Virus record (IMG/VR): IMGVR_UViG_3300044988_000363 | Source of the DNA: a virus | DNA length: 64,000 nt | Reading direction: 5' to 3' (one strand) | Part shown: one piece after another, positions 1 through 10,769 of the stretch | Numbering within the stretch: the first letter of the stretch is position 1 | How the letters are laid out: every line of letters begins with the position of its first letter | Program-made: the position numbers and the translations under genes | The notes under the pieces: generated by a model | What the model was told of the DNA's origin: nothing | Database searches by the model: none | What the model saw: only the letters and a program-made list of their open reading frames with translations

Positions 1-1110
1 GTAGGCGCATCTCGTGTGCGTGATATGTTTGAACAAGCAAAGAAGAATGCTCCTTGTATTATCTTCGTTGACGAAATTGATGCTGTTGGTCGTAACCGTA
101 ATGGCGGAAGCTTCGGCGGTGGTAACGATGAACGTGAACAAACCCTTAATGCATTACTTGTTGAAATGGATGGATTTAATGACAATGAAGGTATCATCAT
201 TATTGCAGCCACAAACCGTGTGGATGTGCTTGATCCTGCCCTTCTTCGTCCTGGCCGTTTTGATAGACAAGTTACTGTATCCAATCCAGACATTACAGGA
301 CGTGAGAAAATTCTTAAAGTCCATACTCGTAATGTTCCTTTGGGGGCAGACGTAGATCTAAAGGTTGTTGCTCGTGGGACTCCTGGATTTTCAGGCGCTG
401 ATTTAGCAAATCTTATCAACGAAGCAGCACTAATGGCAGCAAGACGTTCAAAGCGTATTGTCACTGCTCTTGAGTTTGAAGACGCACGTGATAAAATTCT
501 AATGGGTGCTGAACGTAGAACGCTTCTCATGACTGATGAAGAAAAGAAGATGACTGCTTATCATGAAGGCGGACATGCTCTTGTATCTCTCAAGATGGAA
601 GGTTCTATTCCAATTCATAAGGCAACAATTATTCCTCGTGGCCGAGCACTGGGTATGGTTCAATCTCTACCAGAGCGTGACCAAATCTCTCAGTCATACA
701 AGGAAATGATTGCTCATTTAGCAATGGCAATGGGCGGACGTGCAGCAGAAGAATTAGTCTTTGGGTCAGAAAACGTAACTTCTGGCGCTGCAGCTGATAT
801 TCAGCAAGCATCAAAAATTGCTCGTGCTATGGTTACACAGCTTGGGTTTTCTGCCAAGCTTGGCAAGGTGGCATACACTGAACCAAACTCAGATGTATTC
901 CATGGTCCAAAGGTTGCAGAAGAAACACAAAAGACAATTGATGATGAAGTAAGAGGCATTCTGGATGATGCTTATTATACTGCATATACTATTCTAAAGA
1001 AAAATAGAAAAGAACTAGACACTCTTGCTAAGGGTCTACTAGAATACGAGACTCTTTCAGGTCAGGAAATTCTTGATCTATTAGATGGAAAAGTACCGCT
1101 GAGAGACTAA
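1..1110 (+). CDS. ftsH: ATP-dependent zinc metalloprotease FtsH (5' truncated by window)
   Basis: Walker [32 protein letters not shown], zinc motif HEGGH; frame open from base 1. Confidence 0.95.
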   Translation, partial: VGASRVRDMFEQAKKNAPCIIFVDEIDAVGRNRNGGSFGGGNDEREQTLNALLVEMDGFNDNEGIIIIAATNRVDVLDPALLRPGRFDRQVTVSNPDITGREKILKVHTRNVPLGADVDLKVVARGTPGFSGADLANLINEAALMAARRSKRIVTALEFEDARDKILMGAERRTLLMTDEEKKMTAYHEGGHALVSLKMEGSIPIHKATIIPRGRALGMVQSLPERDQISQSYKEMIAHLAMAMGGRAAEELVFGSENVTSGAAADIQQASKIARAMVTQLGFSAKLGKVAYTEPNSDVFHGPKVAEETQKTIDDEVRGILDDAYYTAYTILKKNRKELDTLAKGLLEYETLSGQEILDLLDGKVPLRD

Positions 1111-1118
1111 AAAAGATT

Positions 1119-1207
1119 GGCTCCCTCCTCTTAGGTCTAAGAGTCTAACGAGAGCGCTGGATTACCAGGTGTCTATAGTTGAGTGCGCATTATCTATAGA
1201 TGGAGCC
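1119..1207. ncRNA. candidate structured RNA / multi-hairpin element
   Basis: GGCTCC/GGAGCC closes CTCTTAG/CTAAGAG, CTGG/CCAG and TCTATAG/CTATAGA hairpins. Confidence 0.35.
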
Positions 1208-1236
1208 TTTACTTTTCAATAGAAGTAGTTTATAAT
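1208..1236 (+). promoter_or_regulatory. sigma70-type promoter upstream of gp43
   Basis: TTTACT-N17-TATAAT. Confidence 0.55.
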
Positions 1237-1288
1237 ACTATGTTTGCATCTGTGGGACTATGTCCGGATTGCGTTTATTGGAGGATGG

Positions 1289-3772
1289 ATGTTTTATACA
1301 AATGTGTTTCAACGTGGAAACCGCATGTATGTGCGGGGATTTGATAAGGGTTTAAGATATACTGACATTGTAAATTATAAACCATATTTGTTTATTGCTA
1401 AACAGAATGGTAAATATAAGACTCTTGATGGAAAGCCAGTAGAAAAACTAGAATTTGATTCTATTGCTGATGCTCGTGATTTTATTGGCCGTTATGATCA
1501 AGTTTCTAATATGGAAATCTATGGTCTAACAACGTTCCCATATTTGTATATCTTTGATGCATTTAAAGGCGATATTGACTATGATCCAAAGATTGTCAAC
1601 ATTGCAACGATAGATATTGAGTGTGCTGCTGATGAAGGTTTCCCGGATATTCAAAAGGCTGATAAGCCACTTACCGCAATTACTTTGCGCAGCCGTAATC
1701 GTAATTACGTATTTGGTTGCGGAGAATTTAACAGTGACGACCCAAATACATTTTACACCCAGTGCAAAGACGAATACGAACTCATCCAACAGTTTCTCCA
1801 CTGTTGGGAAGGATTAGACATAGACATTATCACTGGATGGAACATTGAGTTCTTTGATATTCCGTATATTGTTAATCGTATTAAAAATCTCTTTAATGAA
1901 AGAGAAGCTAAACGCTTATCGCCATGGCGTATTCTCGACGAAAAGATTGTCGAGTTCAGAGGGAAGGAAAACCAGTCTTATAATCCTGCTGGAATATCCG
2001 TTCTTGATTATTACCAACTATATCGTAAATTTATGTTTGGCAATCAAGAGTCATATAAACTGGACTTTATTGCTCAGGTTGAACTCGGCGAAAAGAAGAT
2101 TGACTATTCGGAATATGGTAACCTTCTTGAGCTCTACAAAAATAACTACCAAAAGTTTATTGAATATAATATTCACGATTGTATTCTTGTTGATCGTCTA
2201 GATGATAAGTTAAAGTTCCTTGAACAAACTATGGCATTGTCTTATGACGCCAAGGTTAATTACCCTGATGTTATGACAACTGTTCGTCCATGGGATATCA
2301 TTATTCATAACTATCTTCTAGAAAAGAATATTGTTATTCCACCATTGAAGCGACAGCTTATGGAAGGTTCTCTAATCGGCGGTCACGTTAAGGAACCTAA
2401 GATCGGATTAAGTAAGTGGGTTGTATCTTTTGATTTGAATAGTCTGTATCCGCATTTGATCATGCAGTATAACATTAGTCCAGAAACATTCGTAACTAGA
2501 ATTCCGTTTTCTTCAGTTGATGAATTGTTGCGTGGAACTTTTGAAGTTGATAAGTTCAATAAAGATTATTCTCATGCAGCTAATGGTTGTTTATATCGTA
2601 AAGACGAACAAGGTTTCTTGCCTGCTCTGATGGAACGTATGTATAATGACCGCACCAAGTATAAAAAGTTGATGCTTGAAGCAAAGCAGAGATATGAGAA
2701 CAATCCTAACGCTGAAGATGAAAAGCTAGTTGCTCGCTATCATAATATGCAAATGGCCAAAAAAATTCAGCTAAACTCGGCTTATGGTGCATTGGCTAAT
2801 CAGTTCTTCCGTTGGTTCAGTTTCGATCACTCTGAAGCAATTACAATGTCCGGTCAGCTTTCGATTCGTTGGATTGAAAAGAAGATGAACTGGTATATGA
2901 ATAAACTTCTTAATAATCATAATGTAAAAGATATAGATTTTGTTATTGCATCAGATACAGATTCTATTTACGTTGAAATGGATCATTTGGTAGCTCACCT
3001 AGATACTACTGATGAATTGAAAATTGTCGCAGCAATTGATCAATTCTGTGAACAAAAAATTCAACCATATCTTGATAAGTGTTATGCAGAGCTTGCAGAA
3101 TATATGAACGTTTATCAACAAAAGATGCAAATGAAGAGGGAAACAATTGCAAATAAAGGGATCTGGCGTGGCAAGAAGATGTATATCCTCAATGCTTGGA
3201 ATGTTGAGGGTGTTCAATATTCGGAACCGAAACTCAAGCTCCAAGGTATTGAGGCGGTACGTTCAAGCACTCCAAAAGCGTGTCGAGAGAACATTAAAAA
3301 GGCTCTAGGTATAATTATGAACGGATCTCAAGACGAGCTTCAAAAGTTCATTGAAAAGTTTCGTGAAGAATTTATGCAGTTACCTTTTGAAGATGTAGCC
3401 TTTCCACGTGGTGTTAAGGGCATGTGGAAATATAACAAGGATAAGTCTCAGATTTATGACAAAGGATCTCCGATTCATGTCAAGGGAGCATTAATCTTTA
3501 ATCATCTATTGATTAAAAACAAAATTAACAGCATTCCTAAGATTCAGGATGGTGATAAGATCAGGTTTGCGTATTTGAAGATACCTAATCCTGTCAGAGA
3601 ATCAGTTATTGCTGTCCCTGATGAGATCCCTAGAGAGTTAGCCTATATAAATGATTACATAGATCGTGACGTTCAATTTAATAAATCATTTCTAGAACCT
3701 CTCAATTCAATTACTGACGTAATTGGTTGGGCTACAGAGAAAAGATCCACTCTGGATGACTTTTTTGCATAA
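1289..3772 (+). CDS. 43: family B DNA polymerase (T4 gp43-like)
   Basis: Exo motif DIEC, SFDLNSLYP, KIQLNSAYG, ASDTDS, C-terminal clamp-binding LDDFF; start moved to ATG after GGAGG. Confidence 0.97.
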   Translation: MFYTNVFQRGNRMYVRGFDKGLRYTDIVNYKPYLFIAKQNGKYKTLDGKPVEKLEFDSIADARDFIGRYDQVSNMEIYGLTTFPYLYIFDAFKGDIDYDPKIVNIATIDIECAADEGFPDIQKADKPLTAITLRSRNRNYVFGCGEFNSDDPNTFYTQCKDEYELIQQFLHCWEGLDIDIITGWNIEFFDIPYIVNRIKNLFNEREAKRLSPWRILDEKIVEFRGKENQSYNPAGISVLDYYQLYRKFMFGNQESYKLDFIAQVELGEKKIDYSEYGNLLELYKNNYQKFIEYNIHDCILVDRLDDKLKFLEQTMALSYDAKVNYPDVMTTVRPWDIIIHNYLLEKNIVIPPLKRQLMEGSLIGGHVKEPKIGLSKWVVSFDLNSLYPHLIMQYNISPETFVTRIPFSSVDELLRGTFEVDKFNKDYSHAANGCLYRKDEQGFLPALMERMYNDRTKYKKLMLEAKQRYENNPNAEDEKLVARYHNMQMAKKIQLNSAYGALANQFFRWFSFDHSEAITMSGQLSIRWIEKKMNWYMNKLLNNHNVKDIDFVIASDTDSIYVEMDHLVAHLDTTDELKIVAAIDQFCEQKIQPYLDKCYAELAEYMNVYQQKMQMKRETIANKGIWRGKKMYILNAWNVEGVQYSEPKLKLQGIEAVRSSTPKACRENIKKALGIIMNGSQDELQKFIEKFREEFMQLPFEDVAFPRGVKGMWKYNKDKSQIYDKGSPIHVKGALIFNHLLIKNKINSIPKIQDGDKIRFAYLKIPNPVRESVIAVPDEIPRELAYINDYIDRDVQFNKSFLEPLNSITDVIGWATEKRSTLDDFFA

Positions 3773-3781
3773 GAGGAAAAT

Positions 3782-4102
3782 ATGTCAGTAACATTAAACG
3801 AAGATGATGATTTTGGCTTTTCTCTAGTTTCAGAAGAGGAACTAAAAGCCAAAGAAGCAGAACTTCAGGCAAAACTATTAGAACAATCACAGGTTGTTCA
3901 GGAAGTGGTAAAACAAGCTTCTCAGACAGAGGCTACTGTGACAGAATATAAAGATAAGTTAAATGGATTACGTAACATGGTTATGCCATTGTTAAATAAT
4001 CTAGCAAAAGATCCAACAAAGACTTATGTTTTCTGGCCTGACCGTGCTACTAAAATTAAAGCATTCATTATGAAAGTCAACGCATACGTTGATGGTGCAT
4101 AA
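3782..4102 (+). CDS. hypothetical protein (coiled coil)
   Basis: ORF with SD GAGGA, coupled to next gene. Confidence 0.75.
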   Translation: MSVTLNEDDDFGFSLVSEEELKAKEAELQAKLLEQSQVVQEVVKQASQTEATVTEYKDKLNGLRNMVMPLLNNLAKDPTKTYVFWPDRATKIKAFIMKVNAYVDGA

Positions 4103-4896
4103 TGATTAATTATATCGCATTAGCAACAGCCTTGACACTATCTTTAGTGTCAGGGTTTTATTCTGTTTATGGATTAACAACATTGTTTGCCGCAGCGTTC
4201 TGGCCAGTTGTGTTTATGGGCGGAGCGTTGGAGATTGGCAAACTTGTGACAGCCTCTTGGCTTTATAATAACTGGGAAGATACTCCTAGGGTTTTAAAAT
4301 ACTATCTAACATCTATTGTTATAATACTAATGTTCATAAGTTCGATGGGCACTTTTGGATTTTTATCGAAAGCTCATATTGAACAATCTATCAAACTTTC
4401 TAATACTGCAGACGCAAGCCAGCTTGAAATTATTAATTCGAAAATTAATTTCGAAAAAGAGTATGTTGCAGATTTAGATAAGCAGATATCTCAGATCGAC
4501 TCGGCTATTTCGAAACTTACTGAGACTGGTAAGGCGGCGAGCTCTCTGAAAGCTGCTAACCAGGAAAGGCAGAATAGAGATAAACTTATTCTGAAAAAAG
4601 AAGAACATGTCAAAAATATATCCACACTTACCTCCGACAGAATCCGAGCAGAAGGAGATATTAAAAAGATCGAAGCCGAAGTCGGTCCTGTCAAATATGT
4701 TGCAGAACTCATTTATGGTAACCAAGCTCAAGACCATATGGACAATGCTGTTCGGGCGGTAATTATTTTATTAGTATTAGTATTTGATCCTCTTGCTGTT
4801 ATGTTATTAATTGCAGCAAATGTTGGATTGTCAAAAAACAAGTTGACTACTAACAAGTTTGGGCGTATACTAAAGGAAATGCTTGATAAGAAATAA
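4102..4896 (+). CDS. membrane protein with central coiled coil
   Basis: N-terminal hydrophobic helices, coiled coil, C-terminal TM. Confidence 0.75.
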   Translation: MINYIALATALTLSLVSGFYSVYGLTTLFAAAFWPVVFMGGALEIGKLVTASWLYNNWEDTPRVLKYYLTSIVIILMFISSMGTFGFLSKAHIEQSIKLSNTADASQLEIINSKINFEKEYVADLDKQISQIDSAISKLTETGKAASSLKAANQERQNRDKLILKKEEHVKNISTLTSDRIRAEGDIKKIEAEVGPVKYVAELIYGNQAQDHMDNAVRAVIILLVLVFDPLAVMLLIAANVGLSKNKLTTNKFGRILKEMLDKK

Positions 4897-4974
4897 ATTA
4901 TGCTTTGGGATGATATAATATTTTTGTCGGAAGCAGAGTTTCTGAAATATAATATAAATGAGAAAGGTTTGTTT

Positions 4975-6024
4975 ATGTCGTTAAAAGAACGTTTGATTAA
5001 AAATTCAACAATTGACTATACATCTACTCTTACAGATAGTAAGATCTATACCAAAAAGGATATGATCCAGACTCCAGTGCCAATGATTAACGTGGCTTTG
5101 TCTGGAACTATTGATGGTGGAATTACTCCTGGATTGACAATGCTTGCCGGTCCATCGAAGCACTTCAAGACTGGCTTTGCTCTGCTTTTAGCATCTTCGT
5201 TCCTTAAGAAGTATCCTGATGGTGTTATTCTATTTTATGATTCAGAGTTTGGCACACCACAGTCATACTTTACTAAGTTTAAGATTCCTCTTGACTCGGT
5301 TGTTCATACGCCAATCACTGACGTTGAAGAACTAAAGTTTGACATTATGAAGCAGCTAAAAGAAATTAATCGTGACGATCAGGTTCTAATTATTGTTGAC
5401 TCGATTGGTAATCTTGCTTCAAAGAAGGAAGTTGAAGATGCTATGAATGAGAAGTCGGTTGCTGATATGTCTCGTGCAAAACAGCTAAAGTCTCTGTTCC
5501 GTATGATTACTCCACATCTTACATTGAAGGATATTCCTCTTGTGGCGGTCAATCATACATATATGGAAATCGGTATGTTCCCCAAGGCAGTAGTTGGTGG
5601 TGGAACTGGCGCTTATTATGGCGCTGATAATATTTGGATTCTAGGTAGACAGCAGGATAAGGATGGTGCAGAAATTGCAGGTTACCACTTTGTTATCAAT
5701 GTGGAAAAGTCTCGTTACGTACGTGAGAAGTCTAAGATCCCAGTTACTGTTAGTTATGAGGGCGGCATTAATCGTTGGAGCGGTTTGCTCGATATTGCCG
5801 TCGAAGGCGGTTATGTGGCTAAACCAAAAGTGGGCTGGTATGCCAAGGTGGATCGTTCGACTGGGGAAGTGGATGGAAAGAATTTCCGAGCAGGTGATAT
5901 TGTGGACAGTAAAGAATTTTGGATGACAATGTTCCAAGAGACTGACTTCGCTGCATATATCAAGCGCAAGTATTCACTTGACACTGAAGGGACTTTAGTT
6001 TATGATGAGGATGAAGAAGTTTAA
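4975..6024 (+). CDS. uvsX: RecA-like recombinase UvsX
   Basis: AGPSKHFKT Walker A, FYDSEFG, T4-like context; start set at MSLKERL. Confidence 0.95.
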   Translation: MSLKERLIKNSTIDYTSTLTDSKIYTKKDMIQTPVPMINVALSGTIDGGITPGLTMLAGPSKHFKTGFALLLASSFLKKYPDGVILFYDSEFGTPQSYFTKFKIPLDSVVHTPITDVEELKFDIMKQLKEINRDDQVLIIVDSIGNLASKKEVEDAMNEKSVADMSRAKQLKSLFRMITPHLTLKDIPLVAVNHTYMEIGMFPKAVVGGGTGAYYGADNIWILGRQQDKDGAEIAGYHFVINVEKSRYVREKSKIPVTVSYEGGINRWSGLLDIAVEGGYVAKPKVGWYAKVDRSTGEVDGKNFRAGDIVDSKEFWMTMFQETDFAAYIKRKYSLDTEGTLVYDEDEEV

Positions 6025-6157
6025 GAATGTAATGGCCATATTAGCCAACGATGGCGTATGGTGGTGTTATTCTCACGATGATCATCCTGATTGGGGCGTT
6101 CATCGTTATGAGGATACTCATTGGTTTAATTATATGTTTAAGAGGTAATAAATATTC

Positions 6158-7564
6158 ATGAGTATTGAAAGAACAATTTTATCTAATTTATTGTTCAACG
6201 ACGAGTATGGTCGTAAGGTTATTCCATTCCTGAAACCAGAATATTTTCAGGATTATAATGAAAAGATTGTATTTGACCTAATTGATGATTATGTAAAGAA
6301 GTATAATTCATTTCCTTCTATTGAGGCGTTAGCCATTGACCTGTCTAATAAGGAAGGTCTAAACGAACAGACGTTCAAGATTGCTAAAGAAATTGTCTCG
6401 AGTCTTGAACATGATTCTAACACTAAGCTGGACTGGCTACTAGATCAGACTGAAAAGTTTTGTCAAGATAAAGCATTGTATCTTGCGATCATGCGGTCCA
6501 TACAAATTATGGATGAGAAAAATGGATCAATCTCCAAAGGAAATATACCGACAATTCTTACTGACGCTCTCGGTGTCTCTTTTGACACCCATATTGGTCA
6601 TGACTTTCTTGGTGATAGCGACGAGAGATATGAGTTCTACCACCGTAAAGAGAAAAGAATTCCTTTCGATCTTGACTACTTCAATACCATCACCAACGGT
6701 GGTCTCCCTAACAAAACTCTCAACATCGCACTTGCCGGTACTGGCGTTGGTAAGTCCCTCTTCATGTGTCACTGCGCCGCAGCAAATCTTGCCAAGGGAC
6801 ATAACGTCTTGTATATCACACTTGAAATGGCAGAAGAAAGGATTGCGGAGCGCATCGATGCAAACCTACTAGATACTGCTGTTGATGAGTTAGAACTTAT
6901 GCCCAAGCAGTCGTATGATACTAAGATTAATCGACTGAAGGAAAAGTTCACTGGTAAGTTGATTATCAAAGAATATCCGACTGCTTGCGCTGGTTCAGCA
7001 AACTTTCGTCATCTATTGAACGAACTACGTATTAAAAAGAACTTTGAACCAGATATTATATATATTGATTATCTGAATATTTGTTTGTCATCGAGGATTA
7101 AGCATGGAGCCAACGTCAATTCTTATACCCTTGTCAAAGCAATCGCAGAAGAGCTCCGTGGGTTGGCAGTTGAGTACGACGTCCCTATCGTCTCAGCAAC
7201 TCAAACAACTCGAGGAGGCTATTCGAACTCAGACGTGGGACTGGAAGATACATCGGAATCCTTTGGACTACCAGCCACAGCTGATTTTATGTTTGCCCTC
7301 ATTAGCTCAGAAGAACTTGAAAGTCTCAGCCAAATCATGGTTAAACAGCTCAAGAATCGTTACTCTGATCCTGGGAGTAATCGTAGGTTTGTGCTTGGCA
7401 TTGATCGCAGCAAAATGCGACTATACGATGTGGAACAATCTGGTCAAGATGGATTGGTTGATGATCGCCCAGTGATGGATAAGGGCAAGTTCATGGAGGA
7501 AGAAAATGAACGAGGAAGACCAAAATCAAAGTTCGACCGAAGTAAGTTCGACGGCTTTAAGTGA
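6158..7564 (+). CDS. 41: replicative DNA helicase (gp41-like)
   Basis: AGTGVGKS Walker A, YIDYLN, SESFGLPATAD. Confidence 0.95.
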   Translation: MSIERTILSNLLFNDEYGRKVIPFLKPEYFQDYNEKIVFDLIDDYVKKYNSFPSIEALAIDLSNKEGLNEQTFKIAKEIVSSLEHDSNTKLDWLLDQTEKFCQDKALYLAIMRSIQIMDEKNGSISKGNIPTILTDALGVSFDTHIGHDFLGDSDERYEFYHRKEKRIPFDLDYFNTITNGGLPNKTLNIALAGTGVGKSLFMCHCAAANLAKGHNVLYITLEMAEERIAERIDANLLDTAVDELELMPKQSYDTKINRLKEKFTGKLIIKEYPTACAGSANFRHLLNELRIKKNFEPDIIYIDYLNICLSSRIKHGANVNSYTLVKAIAEELRGLAVEYDVPIVSATQTTRGGYSNSDVGLEDTSESFGLPATADFMFALISSEELESLSQIMVKQLKNRYSDPGSNRRFVLGIDRSKMRLYDVEQSGQDGLVDDRPVMDKGKFMEEENERGRPKSKFDRSKFDGFK

Positions 7565-7709
7565 TAAAGAGCATACATTACAAATGGCAGAGCATGTCTG
7601 GTTGAAGGTAAAGGGATACCCTATTCCAGACTGCTATTCTGAAAAGGATAGGCTCGAGATATTTGAGCGTTATTATCATCGTGCAGTATCTCAATCACAG
7701 GGGGAATAA

Positions 7710-7895
7710 TTGATAGTCTGTTCTTGTAACTACATAGACACAGCCGACATTAAGGCTGTTCTAAATTATGCTACAGAGCCAAACGAACAGCAGGTGTTAA
7801 ATATGCTTGCCTGGACGCCAGAATGTGCTTATTGTAAAGATCTGATTACCAACGAAATCCGTAGATGTATTAAGGAGATGACTGATGGCGCTTGA
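7710..7895 (+). CDS. Bfd-like [2Fe-2S] ferredoxin
   Basis: IVCSCN ... CAYC four-Cys pattern in ~60 aa. Confidence 0.7.
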   Translation: MIVCSCNYIDTADIKAVLNYATEPNEQQVLNMLAWTPECAYCKDLITNEIRRCIKEMTDGA

Positions 7896-8076
7896 TTATA
7901 AGGTTGTGAAGGTTGAAAATTCTTACGTTGTTGAGGAAAGATTGACAGGGTATCAGATCAAGAGCTTTACAGATCAGAATGAAGCCAAAAAATATATGAA
8001 ATTTTTGAATCTTGGCGGAGGTTTTTCTGGTTTTACACCATCATTTATACTAAATAAAAATAGCAAAAATATGTAG
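7885..8076 (+). CDS. hypothetical protein
   Basis: ORF with SD AAGGAG. Confidence 0.65.
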   Translation: MALDYKVVKVENSYVVEERLTGYQIKSFTDQNEAKKYMKFLNLGGGFSGFTPSFILNKNSKNM

Positions 8077-8170
8077 GATGCCTTGAGCATCAGCGGCACG
8101 AGCCACAATAGAAGGGCCACGGAATAGTCGGGAGTAAATGGTGGGGTTCCACCCGACACATATTGCGCTA
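8061..8170 (+). ncRNA. candidate late small structured RNA
   Basis: CTAAATA at 8050 upstream, terminator downstream; AATATGT/ACATATT closing stem, GATGC/GCATC, GGC/GCC, GTCGGG/CCCGAC. Confidence 0.45.
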
Positions 8171-8181
8171 GAAGAAATTCG

Positions 8182-8209
8182 GAGGGTAGGTTCGCCTACC
8201 CTCTTTTTT
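8182..8209 (+). terminator. rho-independent terminator
   Basis: GAGGGTAGG-TTCG-CCTACCCTC followed by T6. Confidence 0.85.
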
Positions 8210-8257
8210 GTAGGTATTTCTCGGGGCGAGTCTGAAAAGGCTTGCCCTTTTTCGTAT

Positions 8258-8265
8258 TATAAATA
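8258..8265 (+). promoter_or_regulatory. T4-type late promoter
   Basis: TATAAATA. Confidence 0.7.
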
Positions 8266-8295
8266 TGATAAATGTTTTGTTCTAAGAGGTCTATA

Positions 8296-9543
8296 ATGCT
8301 ATCTTTTTCCAATTATTTGACTGAAGCTAAAAAGAAAATTGATTCTTCCGAAACTGAAATCGAGCCAGATACAGATAAAATTAATAGTAACACTGCTCTT
8401 GGTGTGGCGTTCGAGACCCTTACAGCTTTGCATCTTCATGATAGAACAGACTCCTCGAAAAATAAAGATCCAGAACATTTAAAGAGAATTGAAGAGATTA
8501 GAGCAAAACATCAAAAGGCTCTCGCTTTCCTTACTCCAGAAAAAAGAGCAAAAGTTTTAAAAGGCGCAGACAGAGCAGCTACTGCATATCTTGAAAGTTT
8601 AGGTAATCAAGGCATCAAACCAACAGACATTCACGAAGTGCATCATACAAGCACTGGCATTGATAAAGTTTTTGGTTCAAAAGTCAGTCAATCTCAGAAC
8701 CCACATGATATTGTTGTAAGAACAAAAAGACCACATCCATCAGCATTCGGTCCAAATAACGATCTTCATGGAACTTCCTTGAAGCTAACACAGGGAACTT
8801 TGAGTAACAATGGTGTTGGCGAAATGGATAAAGTGGCTGCTAGTCATGGTATGAAATTGAATATGGGCGACATCTGGAATAAAGGTTACAAAGACACTGT
8901 TGGTGATATGCCTAAAAAAGAAGTGAAGAAAATAAGAGATAGAGAAGATGTTGCTGGTGGTTACCTAAAAACTAGAGATAAAGTTCTGAAACATTATCAG
9001 AATGCGTTTAATAGCCCTGAAGGTGCAACTCCGGAAGAAAAATTAGAAAACCAGAAAAAACATTTGGCATATTTAATGAAATCAAATCCAGATATGAATT
9101 ATGATTACACTAATGCTGAAAAGGGTTATTCAAAACCAGTTTCGGATCTAGATCATGTAAAGGCTGTGCAGGCTGCTAGATCGTTTAGTACAAGAGTAAC
9201 AGATAGTATGATGCATATTTACGATCACGAAGGTAAACATATTCTTTCTGTTGAACATAGAGCTACACATGGTCCATGGTCGTCAATTCAAGTAAACGCT
9301 AAACTTGGATCAATGAAAGCGACGGGTCAACCAGCAAAGGCGCATCCAGCAGCTGCTGTAAATCCTCCAGAAAATAAAGCTCCTCCTGTCCCAGTTCAAG
9401 CACCACCAGCACAAAGACCAGATTCAGGTGGATTTGGACAACACAGAGGCGATGGACCAAATATTGGAAAACAATTGCCTAAACATTATCAAGGATATGT
9501 TGACAGATCGAGTTATATGGGTCACAAGGATAACGGGCAATGA
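8296..9543 (+). CDS. hypothetical, probable internal head protein
   Basis: start MLSFSNYLTE after SD GAGG; resembles T4 capsid targeting sequence. Confidence 0.65.
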   Translation: MLSFSNYLTEAKKKIDSSETEIEPDTDKINSNTALGVAFETLTALHLHDRTDSSKNKDPEHLKRIEEIRAKHQKALAFLTPEKRAKVLKGADRAATAYLESLGNQGIKPTDIHEVHHTSTGIDKVFGSKVSQSQNPHDIVVRTKRPHPSAFGPNNDLHGTSLKLTQGTLSNNGVGEMDKVAASHGMKLNMGDIWNKGYKDTVGDMPKKEVKKIRDREDVAGGYLKTRDKVLKHYQNAFNSPEGATPEEKLENQKKHLAYLMKSNPDMNYDYTNAEKGYSKPVSDLDHVKAVQAARSFSTRVTDSMMHIYDHEGKHILSVEHRATHGPWSSIQVNAKLGSMKATGQPAKAHPAAAVNPPENKAPPVPVQAPPAQRPDSGGFGQHRGDGPNIGKQLPKHYQGYVDRSSYMGHKDNGQ

Positions 9544-10769
9544 GAATAGATTTTAAAACCTACTTAAACGAACAAGCTGCTGCAACAGAAGGCAAAGCAC
9601 TAAAGCATCTTCGTCATATTGAAGATTATGCTATTCATGGTGGTCATGATGGTGTCGCAGCCGCCGATGAACATCTTCGTGGTATGCATGATATGTTGCT
9701 TGGTAAAAAATCAAGTTTACATGCTTCTACAAAATACGACGGTGCGCCTTCAATTGTATTTGGACAGCATCCAGAAACTGGACAGTTTTTCGTAGCTTCT
9801 AAGTCTGCTTTCAATAAAACTCCAAAGATTAATTACACTGACGAAGACATTGAAAAGAATCACGGACATGCTCCTGGATTAGTTACCAAACTAAAAGCTG
9901 CATTGAAACATCTTCCTGGTGTTATGCCACGTGAAGGCGGAGTGTATCAAGGCGACTTAATGCACACTGAAGGCGATGCTGTTTCAAAAGGTGGTAAAAC
10001 TTCTGTAACTCCTAACACTCTTACATATTCTGCACCAAGTAATTCGCCTGAAGGCAGAAATATGAAAAAGAAATTAGGTGTAGTTGTTCATACAAAATAT
10101 ACTGGTCGTGGTGGTTTACAAAGTATGTCAGCTCAACCACTTGATGCTAAGACACGTGCTAAGTTTAAAGATCATCCTGACGTTAATAATATTGATCCTA
10201 CTATAGATGTTAATCCAGCTAACTATTCTCCTGAAGAACAAAAAGCATTCCTTAATCATATGGATAAAGCAAAAAGAGCTTATGCTTCTATGAAACCAGA
10301 AGCTATGGATGCTATTGCTGGGCATGGTGAACAACTAGAAGCTCATGTTAATAATATGATTAGAACTGGTGGTAATGCTTCTGTTCAAGGATATATGGAT
10401 CATTTGACTGCTCGTCATCAGAAAGATCTTGAGAAAGTTAAGACAGATGCAGCCAAACAAAAAAGAATACAGGCGCATGGTGAATTACTTTCTCATATTA
10501 GTAACAACAGAGATCATTTCGATAAGTTATTGAAGGTTCATGGGCATTTGCAAGACGCTAAGAATGTATTGACTAATGTTCTAGCAAAGAACTCTCCATA
10601 CGAACATAGTGTTGCTGGTGAACACACTGGACCAGAAGGAACAGTTGTTGTTGATAAGAAAGGCAATGCTTCTAAATTTAATAACAGAAGAGAATTCAAT
10701 CGCCTAAATTTCTTGAAGGGCGCATTCCAGAAACAGCAGGTAGCAAATGCAGAAGATCAACTTCAGTAA
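9540..10769 (+). CDS. conserved T4-like phage protein, probable internal head protein
   Basis: MRIDFKTYLNE N-terminus; TKYDGAPS, YQGDLM and GPEG motifs reminiscent of a ligase-like fold. Confidence 0.6.
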   Translation: MRIDFKTYLNEQAAATEGKALKHLRHIEDYAIHGGHDGVAAADEHLRGMHDMLLGKKSSLHASTKYDGAPSIVFGQHPETGQFFVASKSAFNKTPKINYTDEDIEKNHGHAPGLVTKLKAALKHLPGVMPREGGVYQGDLMHTEGDAVSKGGKTSVTPNTLTYSAPSNSPEGRNMKKKLGVVVHTKYTGRGGLQSMSAQPLDAKTRAKFKDHPDVNNIDPTIDVNPANYSPEEQKAFLNHMDKAKRAYASMKPEAMDAIAGHGEQLEAHVNNMIRTGGNASVQGYMDHLTARHQKDLEKVKTDAAKQKRIQAHGELLSHISNNRDHFDKLLKVHGHLQDAKNVLTNVLAKNSPYEHSVAGEHTGPEGTVVVDKKGNASKFNNRREFNRLNFLKGAFQKQQVANAEDQLQ

